From Bacillota bacterium (GTDB lineage: Bacteria; Bacillota; Dethiobacteria; DTU022): a DNA stretch of 64,000 nucleotides. The translations under genes and the position numbers were made by a program. The stretch is from the NCBI GenBank assembly GCA_029552125.1, contig JAKPEE010000128.1:6609-70608 (forward strand), written 5' to 3'. The notes under the pieces are model-generated. The model did not search any database. It saw nothing but the letters and a program-made list of their open reading frames with translations, and was not told the origin of the DNA. Of the stretch, positions 45,035 to 53,243 are shown piece by piece. The stretch's first letter is position 1. Each line of letters begins with the position of its first letter.

Positions 45035-46650
45035 TGGTCGGTAAAGTTCTGGCGGGAAGATATGAGTTGCTGGAAAAAATAGGTGAAGGAGGCATGGCCC
45101 GGGTATACCGGGGCCGGGACAATCTGCTGCGCCGCACGGTAGCGGTAAAAATATTAAAAGATCAGATGACTGGCGATGCCGATTTTATCAGGCGTTTTCG
45201 CCGTGAAGCACAGGCGGCGGCAGGGCTTTCCCACCCCCATATTGTTAATGTTTACGATGTCGGCGAAGAAAATGATATCTATTATATTGTCATGGAATAT
45301 GTGGACGGAAAAAATTTGAAACAATATATCCGGGAAAAAGGCCGCCTGACCGCCTCTGAAGCGGTAGCCATAGTCCGGCAAATTGCGGAAGCCCTGGTGC
45401 AGGCCCATGACGCCGGCGTCATTCATCGCGATATCAAGCCGCAAAACATCCTTTTTTCCAGGTATGGAGAGGTAAAGGTGGCCGACTTTGGCATCGCCAT
45501 CGCCGCCGACGGCTCCACTCTGACCTGCAGCGATGACGTAATCGGCTCGGTGCACTACTTCTCCCCCGAGCAGGCCAGGGGCAACCTGGCCGGCAAGCAA
45601 TCGGACCTTTATTCCCTGGGGATAATCCTTTATGAAATGGTGACGGGGCGGGTGCCGTTCTCCGGTGAAAGCCCCGTTTCCGTGGCCATGAAACATGTCC
45701 AGGAGCCGATTGAGCCGCCGCGGCGCCTGGTCGACAGCATACCCGAACCGCTGGAGCGCATTATCCTTAAAGCAGTCCAAAAAGAGCCGAATAAACGCTA
45801 CCAGGATGCCAGAAGCTTTCTCGAAGATTTAAAATTGTTCCAGGAAAAAGGCTCCTGCCTGGCCAGGCCCGAAATAGCCGCTGCTGACGATGAGGAAACC
45901 ATCGTGATGAAGCCGGTCAGTGCGGCCCCGGTTAAATTAAGGGAAAAAAGCTGGTTTATGCCCCTGCTGATCGTTCTTTTACTCGGCGTCACTTTGCTGG
46001 TCGGTTTTATCGCCGCCCGTGACCTGCTTTTCCCCTCCGAGGTGGTGGTTCCGGATGTACGGGGGCTGCCCCAGAATGACGCGGTGGCGGTGCTGCAAGA
46101 GCAAGGCCTGCGTCCCAATCCCACCGTCACTTATGTGTATGACGATACCGTTCCCGTGGGGCATGTGGTGCGCACTGATCCCTATCAGGAGCGCACCGTC
46201 CGCAAAAACCGGACCATAGAGTTGCTTGTCAGCAAGGGGCCGGAATATATCCTGGCGCCGGATCTTTACCTGAAAACGGAGAATGAAGCCCGGATCCTGC
46301 TGCAAGAGATGAAGCTGGTTCCGGACGTAATCCGTGAAAACCACGACGAAGTTCCTGAAGGAAAAATATTCCGCCAGGTGCCCAGCGCCGGCACCCGCCT
46401 GGCCCCGGGCGAACAGGTCATAATCTACGTCAGCCAGGGTAGCAATCCTTTTCCGATTAACAATCTGATCGGGTTGAGCCGCGAAAAAGCGGAAGAATAT
46501 TTACAACAGGTAGGGCTAAAGTCTCGCCTGGCCTATAAAATATCCGATGAGCCTGCGGGCACCGTAGTAGCCCAGTACCCCGAACCGGGCCAGGGAGTAA
46601 AGCGGGGCCAGACCGTAGACCTGGTTGTCAGCAAGGGCTCTAGTGATTAA
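45034..46650 (+). CDS. prkC: Ser/Thr protein kinase with a TM segment and PASTA repeats
   Basis: GEGGMARVY, HRDIKPQNIL, DFGIA, a TM helix at about residue 320, then three PASTA-like repeats. Confidence 0.9.
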   Translation: MVGKVLAGRYELLEKIGEGGMARVYRGRDNLLRRTVAVKILKDQMTGDADFIRRFRREAQAAAGLSHPHIVNVYDVGEENDIYYIVMEYVDGKNLKQYIREKGRLTASEAVAIVRQIAEALVQAHDAGVIHRDIKPQNILFSRYGEVKVADFGIAIAADGSTLTCSDDVIGSVHYFSPEQARGNLAGKQSDLYSLGIILYEMVTGRVPFSGESPVSVAMKHVQEPIEPPRRLVDSIPEPLERIILKAVQKEPNKRYQDARSFLEDLKLFQEKGSCLARPEIAAADDEETIVMKPVSAAPVKLREKSWFMPLLIVLLLGVTLLVGFIAARDLLFPSEVVVPDVRGLPQNDAVAVLQEQGLRPNPTVTYVYDDTVPVGHVVRTDPYQERTVRKNRTIELLVSKGPEYILAPDLYLKTENEARILLQEMKLVPDVIRENHDEVPEGKIFRQVPSAGTRLAPGEQVIIYVSQGSNPFPINNLIGLSREKAEEYLQQVGLKSRLAYKISDEPAGTVVAQYPEPGQGVKRGQTVDLVVSKGSSD

Positions 46651-46780
46651 GTATAACAGAGAGCGGAGCCGGCTAACGCGCCGGGTGTGCTGGAACAGGC
46701 CGATGATGGCCTGGCCGGCCATAGCCGTTCCGTCCAGGTTTCTTATAGATTTTCGGTTTTGAGAGGAGGCTTTTGTTTTT

Positions 46781-47671
46781 CTGGAAGGGATTATTATTAA
46801 GGCCACCGGGGGGTTTTTCCTGGTCCGCGATGCGCAAGGGCAGGAGTATCTTTGCCGGGCGCGGGGAAAGCTGAAACGGCAGCAAATTGATCTGATCGTG
46901 GGTGACCGGGTGCTTTTCAGCAGCACGGGTGCCGTTTCCGAAGCAGGGGGACCCCGGGAAGGGATCGTGGAGGAGCAGTTGCCCCGCCGCAACTGTCTTT
47001 ATCGCCCCAGGGTGGCCAATGTTGACCTGCTGGTTTTGGTCATGGCGCTGAAAGAACCCGCCCCGGACTGGCAGTTGGCCAGCCGTCTTTTTGTTCTGGC
47101 CGAGCGGCAGGAAATGAAGGCGCTGCTGTGCCTGAACAAGACGGATCTACTTTCTGCGGACGAGCTGGCGGAGGTTACCGGTGTGCTTGAACCTTTCCCC
47201 TATCCATATATCCTGACCAGCGCCCTTTTGGGCCGGGGCGTCGATACATTGAAAGTACGGCTCCAGGGGGCGGTAGCGGTCTTCGCCGGACCGTCCGGTT
47301 CGGGTAAGTCGTCGTTGTTGAACGCTGTTCAGCCGGGCCTCTCACTGAAAACAAATGCGGTCAGCGAAAAAGTCAAACGGGGCCGCCACACCACCCGCAC
47401 GGTCGAACTGTTGCCCCTGGAGGGAAACGGCGCGGTCGTGGATACCCCCGGCTTTTCCCGGCTTGACTTTTATGACCTGGAGCCGGAGCATCTGCCCGCA
47501 TATTTCCCGGAAATAAAACTCCGGGCCGCTCAATGCGCTTTTAACAATTGCTGCCACATCAATGAACCGGGATGCGCCGTCAGAGAAGCAGCCGGCTCTG
47601 CGCAGATCAATGGGCTGCGCTACGAACATTATAAGCTCTTTTTCCAGGAGCTGCTTGACAGGAGAAAATGA
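46781..47671 (+). CDS. rsgA: ribosome small-subunit-dependent GTPase A
   Basis: LEGIIIKATGGFFLV (OB N-terminus), LNKTDL, GPSGSGKSSLLN, and Zn knuckle CAFNNCCHINEPGC. The N-terminal region has no ATG/GTG/TTG, so I placed the start at a CTG 11 nt after GAGAGGAGG. The start is uncertain. Confidence 0.75.
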   Translation: MEGIIIKATGGFFLVRDAQGQEYLCRARGKLKRQQIDLIVGDRVLFSSTGAVSEAGGPREGIVEEQLPRRNCLYRPRVANVDLLVLVMALKEPAPDWQLASRLFVLAERQEMKALLCLNKTDLLSADELAEVTGVLEPFPYPYILTSALLGRGVDTLKVRLQGAVAVFAGPSGSGKSSLLNAVQPGLSLKTNAVSEKVKRGRHTTRTVELLPLEGNGAVVDTPGFSRLDFYDLEPEHLPAYFPEIKLRAAQCAFNNCCHINEPGCAVREAAGSAQINGLRYEHYKLFFQELLDRRK

Positions 47672-47677
47672 TCCAAG

Positions 47678-48355
47678 ATGCCGGAAAAAATTAAAGTTGC
47701 CCCGTCGTTGTTGTCCGCCGATTTCGGTATGCTGCGGGAAACAGTACGGCTGCTGGAAGCAAACGGCGCCGACTGGATCCACCTTGATGTCATGGATGGG
47801 CATTTTGTGCCAAACATTACCATGGGGCCGCTGGTGGCGCAATGGCTGAGGCCCCACACCGGCCTGATCCTGGACGCCCATTTAATGGTCAGCAATCCCG
47901 AAGACCATCTTGAAGCCTTTGTCAGGGCCGGCGTCGACTCCATAACCGTCCATGCCGAGGCGACGGCGCACCTGGATAGGGTTTTGCGGAAAATAATCGG
48001 CCTGGGAATCAAGGCGGGGGTGGCGCTAAATCCGGCCACACCCCCGGAAGTGCTGGAATATGTATGGCCCCTTCTGGACCTGGTCCTGGTGATGAGTGTG
48101 AACCCCGGGGCTGGAGGCCAGGCGTTTATCCCGGCCGTGCTGCCGAAGATCGCTTTTTTAGCGCAGCGTATCCGGGAGGTCAGGCCGGGTGCGGCTTTGC
48201 AGGTGGACGGCGGTATTAATATGGAAACGGCGCCGGCTGTCATTGAGGCGGGAGCCAATGTTTTAGTGGCCGGCTCCGCCGTGTTTAAAGATCAAGACGG
48301 CCTCAAACTAATCCAGGCTTTTAAAACGCTGGCCGGTGAAACAAAGGCTGTTTAA
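47678..48355 (+). CDS. rpe: ribulose-phosphate 3-epimerase
   Basis: VAPSLLSADF, HLDVMDGHFVPN, VMSVNPG, QVDGGI. Confidence 0.9.
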   Translation: MPEKIKVAPSLLSADFGMLRETVRLLEANGADWIHLDVMDGHFVPNITMGPLVAQWLRPHTGLILDAHLMVSNPEDHLEAFVRAGVDSITVHAEATAHLDRVLRKIIGLGIKAGVALNPATPPEVLEYVWPLLDLVLVMSVNPGAGGQAFIPAVLPKIAFLAQRIREVRPGAALQVDGGINMETAPAVIEAGANVLVAGSAVFKDQDGLKLIQAFKTLAGETKAV

Positions 48356-48368
48356 ATTAACAAAGCTA

Positions 48369-48377
48369 TGCTATAAT
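48369..48377 (+). promoter_or_regulatory. extended -10 promoter candidate (TGcTATAAT) for the rib leader
   Basis: It lies about 25 nt upstream of the FMN aptamer. Confidence 0.55.
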
Positions 48378-48401
48378 TATGCTATAACAAAAATGAATTA
48401 A

Positions 48402-48555
48402 CCGTTTTCTTCGGGGTCTGGTGAGAAGGAACATTCCTTCAATTCCGAACCGGCGGTGATACCCGGCCTGGAGCCGGGATAAGCCCGCGAGCCGCAAGGC
48501 TGACCCGGTGCGATTCCGGGGCCGACAGTATAGTCTGGATGGGAGAAGAAACGGC
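48402..48555 (+). promoter_or_regulatory. FMN riboswitch (RFN element)
   Basis: P1 is CGUUUUCUUC...GGGAGAAGAAACG. Conserved blocks GGGGUCUGGUGA, CCGAACCGGCGGU, AGCCCGCGAGC, GGUGCGAUUCCGGGGCCGACAGUAUAGUCUGGAUGGGAGAAG. It is directly upstream of ribD. Confidence 0.9.
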
Positions 48556-48582
48556 GGCTTAAGTCGTATTTTTTAATCCCCG

Positions 48583-48612
48583 ACCCTGAAGTTTTCGGTT
48601 CAGGGTTTTTCT
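48583..48612 (+). terminator. riboswitch expression-platform terminator
   Basis: ACCCTGAA-GTTTTCGG-TTCAGGGT followed by TTTTCTT. Confidence 0.75.
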
Positions 48613-48647
48613 TATGCGTTTTGCGAGGCGGGGTGATTTCTTTGGAC

Positions 48648-49745
48648 ATGGATGAAAAATATATGTGGATGGCCCTGGATTTGGCCCGCCAGGGCCAGGG
48701 CCGAACCAGCCCCAACCCCATGGTCGGTGCAGTGCTGGTTAAAGACGGCGTGGTGGTAGGATCGGGCTACCACCAGGCAGCAGGCATGCCCCATGCCGAA
48801 GTTGTCGCCCTGCGCAAAGCCGGTGAAAAGGCAAGAGGGGCCGTGCTCTATGTTAACCTGGAGCCCTGCTCGCACCACGGCCGCACCCCTCCCTGTACCG
48901 ATGCCCTGATCAAAGCGGGGGTCAGGGAAGTGGTGGCCGCCATGACCGATCCCAACCCTTTGGTGGCCGGAACCGGCTTCCAAAAGCTCCAATCGGCCGG
49001 GATAAAGGTTAGACAAGGCGTTCTCGAAGAGAAGGCGCGCCGGCTTAACGAGGTCTTTATCAAGTACATTACCACCGGGCGGCCCTTTGTGGCGGTGAAG
49101 GCGGCCATGAGCCTGGACGGCAAGATTGCCACCCGCACCGGCGAGTCCAAATGGATAACCGGCGAAAAGTCGAGGCAGTATGTGCACCGGCTGCGTGACC
49201 GTGTTGATGCCATTGCCGTCGGTATAGATACGGTTTTAAGCGACGATCCCCGCCTGACCACCCGGCTGGAAGGAGAAAAAGGCAAAGATCCTTTGCGGGT
49301 GGTAGTAGACAGCACCGCCCGCCTGCCCCTGGATGCCCGGGTGATCAATCCCGGCTCCCGGAGCAAACTTCTCCTGGCTACCACCGCCGCCGCTCCCCCG
49401 GATAAGTGCCGCGCCCTGCAGGACAAGGGGGTGGAAGTGCTGGTCTTGCCTTCCCGGGAAGGCAGGGTGAGCCTGGAAGAGCTGATGCGCCAACTGGGGG
49501 AAAGAAAGGTCACTTCGCTCCTGGTGGAAGGTGGCGGCACGCTGAACTATAGTCTGCTGGAAGCGGGGCTGGTAGACAAACTGTATCTTTTTATCGCCCC
49601 GCTGATTATTGGCGGGAAGAACAGCCCCACCCCCTTTGCCGGCGAAGGGGCCGCTTCTTTAAACAACGCCTGGCGGCTGGAGCGCGTGGAGATAAAACAA
49701 TTTGACCAGGATTTGCTGGTGATCGGCTATCCCCGGAAACGGTAG
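48648..49745 (+). CDS. ribD: riboflavin biosynthesis deaminase/reductase
   Basis: MPHAEVVAL..LEPCSHHGRTPPC (deaminase Zn site), with a C-terminal reductase domain. Confidence 0.9.
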   Translation: MDEKYMWMALDLARQGQGRTSPNPMVGAVLVKDGVVVGSGYHQAAGMPHAEVVALRKAGEKARGAVLYVNLEPCSHHGRTPPCTDALIKAGVREVVAAMTDPNPLVAGTGFQKLQSAGIKVRQGVLEEKARRLNEVFIKYITTGRPFVAVKAAMSLDGKIATRTGESKWITGEKSRQYVHRLRDRVDAIAVGIDTVLSDDPRLTTRLEGEKGKDPLRVVVDSTARLPLDARVINPGSRSKLLLATTAAAPPDKCRALQDKGVEVLVLPSREGRVSLEELMRQLGERKVTSLLVEGGGTLNYSLLEAGLVDKLYLFIAPLIIGGKNSPTPFAGEGAASLNNAWRLERVEIKQFDQDLLVIGYPRKR

Positions 49746-49769
49746 AGGATATGAGGTGATGACGTCGCC

Positions 49770-50432
49770 ATGTTTACCGGAATTGTTGAAGAGATGGGAC
49801 GATTAAAAGCACGGGAAGGCTCCGCGCAGGGCGCCACCCTGGTAATCGCCGCCCGGAAGGTCCTGGAAGATTTAAAAATCGGAGACAGCATCGCCGTGAA
49901 CGGGGTCTGTCTTACCGTCACCTCTTTTGATCGCAGCAGCTTTACGGCACAGGTGATGCCGGAGACGCTGCGCAAAACCAACCTGGAGCTACTGGCACCC
50001 GGCCAGCCGGTCAACCTGGAGCGGGCCCTGGCCCTGGGCGACCGCCTGGGCGGCCACCTGGTCAGCGGACATGTGGACGGAACGGGAACCCTCTCCTGGC
50101 GGCGCCCCGAAGGCAACGCGGTAATCATCTTTATTCAAACCCCGGCGGAGCTGCTGCGCTATATTATCCCCAAGGGCTCCGTGGCCGTGGACGGAGTCAG
50201 CCTAACAGTGGCTTTTGTTGACGGCAAAGGTTTCAGTGTTTCGCTGATTCCCCATACCGCTGCCCTAACCACCCTGGGCCAAAAACAGCCCGGCGAGATG
50301 GTGAACATCGAGACCGATCTGATCGGCAAGTACGTGGAAAAGCTGCTGCAGCCCTACCGGTCCGGCGAAGGGCCGGTGGGAGAGAAAATAACCATGGCCA
50401 TGCTGCGTGAAAACGGTTTTTTGGATAGCTAA
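49770..50432 (+). CDS. ribE: riboflavin synthase
   Basis: MFTGIVEE.G, with duplicated lumazine-binding repeats (SIAVNGVCLTV / SVAVDGVSLTV). Confidence 0.9.
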   Translation: MFTGIVEEMGRLKAREGSAQGATLVIAARKVLEDLKIGDSIAVNGVCLTVTSFDRSSFTAQVMPETLRKTNLELLAPGQPVNLERALALGDRLGGHLVSGHVDGTGTLSWRRPEGNAVIIFIQTPAELLRYIIPKGSVAVDGVSLTVAFVDGKGFSVSLIPHTAALTTLGQKQPGEMVNIETDLIGKYVEKLLQPYRSGEGPVGEKITMAMLRENGFLDS

Positions 50433-50510
50433 GCCCATGGCCCTGGGACAGGCTTCACTGAAGAAACAACCCATTAGGGCTGTTGTTTCATCATACAGGA
50501 GGTAATGACC

Positions 50511-51713
50511 GTGGATAAATTTAACACCATCGATGAAGCCCTGGAAGAGCTAAAAGCGGGACGCATGATTGTCGTGGTCGACGATGAAGACCGCGAAAAT
50601 GAAGGGGATCTGGTCATGGCCGCCTCAAAGGCTACGCCGGAGGCCATTAATTTCATGATCTGCCAGGGGCGGGGGCTGGTTTGCGTGCCCTTGACCGCTG
50701 CGCGGCTGCGGGAGCTGGATCTGCCCCAGATGGTCAGCCGCAACACCGACAGCCATGAAACCGCCTTTACTGTTTCCGTTGACGCTTATGATGTCAGCAC
50801 GGGCATTTCCGCCCAGGAGCGGGCCCGGACTATCAGGGCGCTGGTCGACCCGGCCACCAGGCCCTCGGACCTGCGCCGCCCCGGGCACATTTTCCCCTTG
50901 CAGGCCAAGGAGGGCGGTGTGCTGCGCCGGGCCGGCCATACAGAGGCGGCAGTGGACCTGGTGCGGATGGCGGGCCTGGAGCCGGCGGGCGTCATCTGCG
51001 AGATTATCAATGAAGACGGCACCATGGCCAGGGTGCCGCAGTTGATGGAATTCTGCAAGCAGCACCAGTTGAAGATAATTACCATCGCCGACCTGATCCA
51101 GTACCGCATGAAAAAAGAAAAGCTGGTCTGGCGCTCGGCTACGGCCAGTTTGCCTACCGTGCACGGTAATTTCACTTTGATCGCCTATGAAAACAGCGTT
51201 GACGGGCAGACCCACTTGGCCCTGGTCAAAGGGGAGATCGACTCAGGGCAGCCGGTCTTGGTCCGGGTTCATTCGGAATGCCTGACCGGAGATGTTCTCG
51301 GCTCTCTGCGCTGCGACTGCGGCAACCAGCTGCACCAGGCCCTTAAACAGATCAATGAGCACGGAAGCGGGGTGCTGGTATACATGCGCCAGGAAGGCCG
51401 GGGCATCGGCCTGTTAAACAAGCTGCGGGCGTACGAACTGCAGGATCAGGGGAAAGATACCGTTGAGGCCAATGAAGCCCTCGGATTTGCGGCCGACCTC
51501 CGTGACTATGGCCTGGGGGCGCAGATCCTGGTCGATTTAGGAGTACGGCAAATCCGCCTTTTGACCAACAACCCGCGAAAAATTAAAGGGCTGGAGGGTT
51601 ACGGGCTGAATATTGTGGAGCGGGTCCCCATAGAGATCCCGCCCTGCGATTATAATAGCAACTACCTGGCCACTAAAAAATGTAAACTCGGCCACTACCT
51701 GGAGTTGCCATAG
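50511..51713 (+). CDS. ribBA: bifunctional DHBP synthase / GTP cyclohydrolase II
   Basis: [11 protein letters not shown] and [23 protein letters not shown] at 50511 is 8 nt after AGGAGG, whereas ATG at 50505 is only 2 nt after it. Confidence 0.9.
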   Translation: MDKFNTIDEALEELKAGRMIVVVDDEDRENEGDLVMAASKATPEAINFMICQGRGLVCVPLTAARLRELDLPQMVSRNTDSHETAFTVSVDAYDVSTGISAQERARTIRALVDPATRPSDLRRPGHIFPLQAKEGGVLRRAGHTEAAVDLVRMAGLEPAGVICEIINEDGTMARVPQLMEFCKQHQLKIITIADLIQYRMKKEKLVWRSATASLPTVHGNFTLIAYENSVDGQTHLALVKGEIDSGQPVLVRVHSECLTGDVLGSLRCDCGNQLHQALKQINEHGSGVLVYMRQEGRGIGLLNKLRAYELQDQGKDTVEANEALGFAADLRDYGLGAQILVDLGVRQIRLLTNNPRKIKGLEGYGLNIVERVPIEIPPCDYNSNYLATKKCKLGHYLELP

Positions 51714-51825
51714 ACCGGATACAGGAGAAATAATAGATGACACAGCAGAGACAGAAGACAGGATGCCGGAAGAAAGCAGTTTTAGGGTAAATGGTTCAAA
51801 TTCTTTTTTACCGTGAGACGTAAAA

Positions 51826-51865
51826 CTCCTTCTCCCCTGGTGGGAGAGGGTTGGGGAGAGGGGGG
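51826..51865 (-). repeat. REP-like repeat inside the ribBA-ribH spacer
   Basis: CTCCTTCTCCCCTGGTGGGAGAGGGTTGGGGAGAGGGGGG. Confidence 0.7.
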
Positions 51866-51951
51866 CAGGGTGCCCGATCTCCCAAAATAATAACATTTAA
51901 AGCACTGATACACCAGGAACAGCCTTAGTGTAGCGCAAAGGAGGAATAAAG

Positions 51952-52431
51952 ATGAAAACTTACGAAGGACAACTGGTGGCCCGGGATTATCGCTTTGCCA
52001 TTGTGATCAGCCGTTTTAATGAATTTATTTCACACCGGCTGCTGGGAGGGGCGCTGGATGCCCTCAAGCGGCACGACGCCATGGAAGAGAACATTGAAGT
52101 GATCTGGGTGCCCGGGTCTTTTGAAGTGCCTTTAATGGCCCAAAAAGCGGCGAAAAGCGGCCGTTTTAACGCGGTGATCTGCCTGGGGGCGGTCATCCGT
52201 GGCGGCACGCCCCATTTTGAATACGTGGCCGCCGAGGTATCCAAAGGGATTGCCAAGGTAAGCCTGGATACCGGGGTCCCTGTAATTTTTGGCATCATTA
52301 CCGCCGATACCCTGGAACAGGCCATTGAGAGGGCCGGGACAAAAGGCGGCAACAAGGGTTGGGATGCCGCCATCAGTGCCATCGAGATGGCCGATCTTAT
52401 TCAGCGGGTGAATGCAGACGGCTCTCTTTAA
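51952..52431 (+). CDS. ribH: 6,7-dimethyl-8-ribityllumazine synthase
   Basis: [29 protein letters not shown]. Confidence 0.9.
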   Translation: MKTYEGQLVARDYRFAIVISRFNEFISHRLLGGALDALKRHDAMEENIEVIWVPGSFEVPLMAQKAAKSGRFNAVICLGAVIRGGTPHFEYVAAEVSKGIAKVSLDTGVPVIFGIITADTLEQAIERAGTKGGNKGWDAAISAIEMADLIQRVNADGSL

Positions 52432-52684
52432 GCGAAGCAGAGCCTACGGCATATCCCAGCCCCCAGGTAAACAGTATCTGCCGGGTCAGCGCCTCCTGCA
52501 GGGATGGCTGCGCGGAAATGGCCATTTTCTGCCCCAGGCGGAACAGGGCCTGCTCTTCCAGCAGATCCCATAACTCGGTTTCGAAGGTTTCGATTAACTC
52601 GTTGAACAGAGCTTCCTGAGCCAACAGGAAGCTCTTTCCTTTTTCAAAATGCTCGTCCAGGTATTTCTGCGTGCCGGGATGCAA
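52397..52684 (-). CDS. hypothetical helical protein (95 aa)
   Basis: A TTG start lies 8 nt after AAGGAGG. The protein is acidic and looks helical. Its 3' end overlaps the ribH 3' end by 35 nt. Confidence 0.45.
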   Translation of the reverse strand: MHPGTQKYLDEHFEKGKSFLLAQEALFNELIETFETELWDLLEEQALFRLGQKMAISAQPSLQEALTRQILFTWGLGYAVGSASLKESRLHSPAE

Positions 52685-52863
52685 ATGGAAATCCTCCTTA
52701 AACCACTCTTAAACCACGGTGATCCTTTACCCGCTTTCCCATGAGGGTGTGATCAAATGTCCGTATCGAACCGTGAGACTGGCAGACGGCGAAATTTATG
52801 GCAATTTTATTGTTTCCCTTTTCGGGAAAAATAAAACCACTAATCTCAGCGGAGGTGAAACCC

Positions 52864-53040
52864 TTGTCTATTCCCTGCAAAGCACGGTGTATGAACCAGC
52901 GTAACAATCAGTGCATGCTGGATGATGAAAGGATCCGTGAAAGCCGGGTTGAATTTGGCGAGGATTGGGATCCGGCCAACCAGTGCGTGGGCTACCTGCC
53001 CCGTAAAGAGAAAGAATCGGCCAAAAGGCGCAAGCGGTAA
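52864..53040 (+). CDS. small Cys-containing basic-tailed protein (58 aa)
   Basis: A TTG lies 8 nt after GGAGG. The sequence is MSIPCKARCMNQRNNQCMLDD...ANQCVGY..KRRKR. A terminator follows at 53080. Confidence 0.4.
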   Translation: MSIPCKARCMNQRNNQCMLDDERIRESRVEFGEDWDPANQCVGYLPRKEKESAKRRKR

Positions 53041-53079
53041 GTTTGATTTTGTTATCCGTGAACGGGTGTAGCAAGTTAG

Positions 53080-53125
53080 CTCCTCAACCTAAATGCTTTA
53101 CTAGGCTGAGGAGTTATTATTTTTC
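53080..53125 (+). terminator. rho-independent terminator
   Basis: CTCCTCAACC-(14 nt)-GGCTGAGGAG followed by TTATTATTTTT. Confidence 0.65.
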
Positions 53126-53243
53126 GCCCCGTTCCTTTGTGCGGCCCGGGGTTTGCCCGGCCGCGCCCGGTCAATAATACTGGTAATAACTGTGATGCTA
53201 TGCTATGATATTGGATAGTATCCAGGTGAAGGAGAAAAAACCA

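Noticed and set aside
52698-52907. ORFs 52698..52907 (-) and 52719..52904 (+)
   Set aside because: They have no SD sequences and they are mutually overlapping. The 52864 TTG frame, which has GGAGG and a terminator, explains the region better. Even that call has low confidence.
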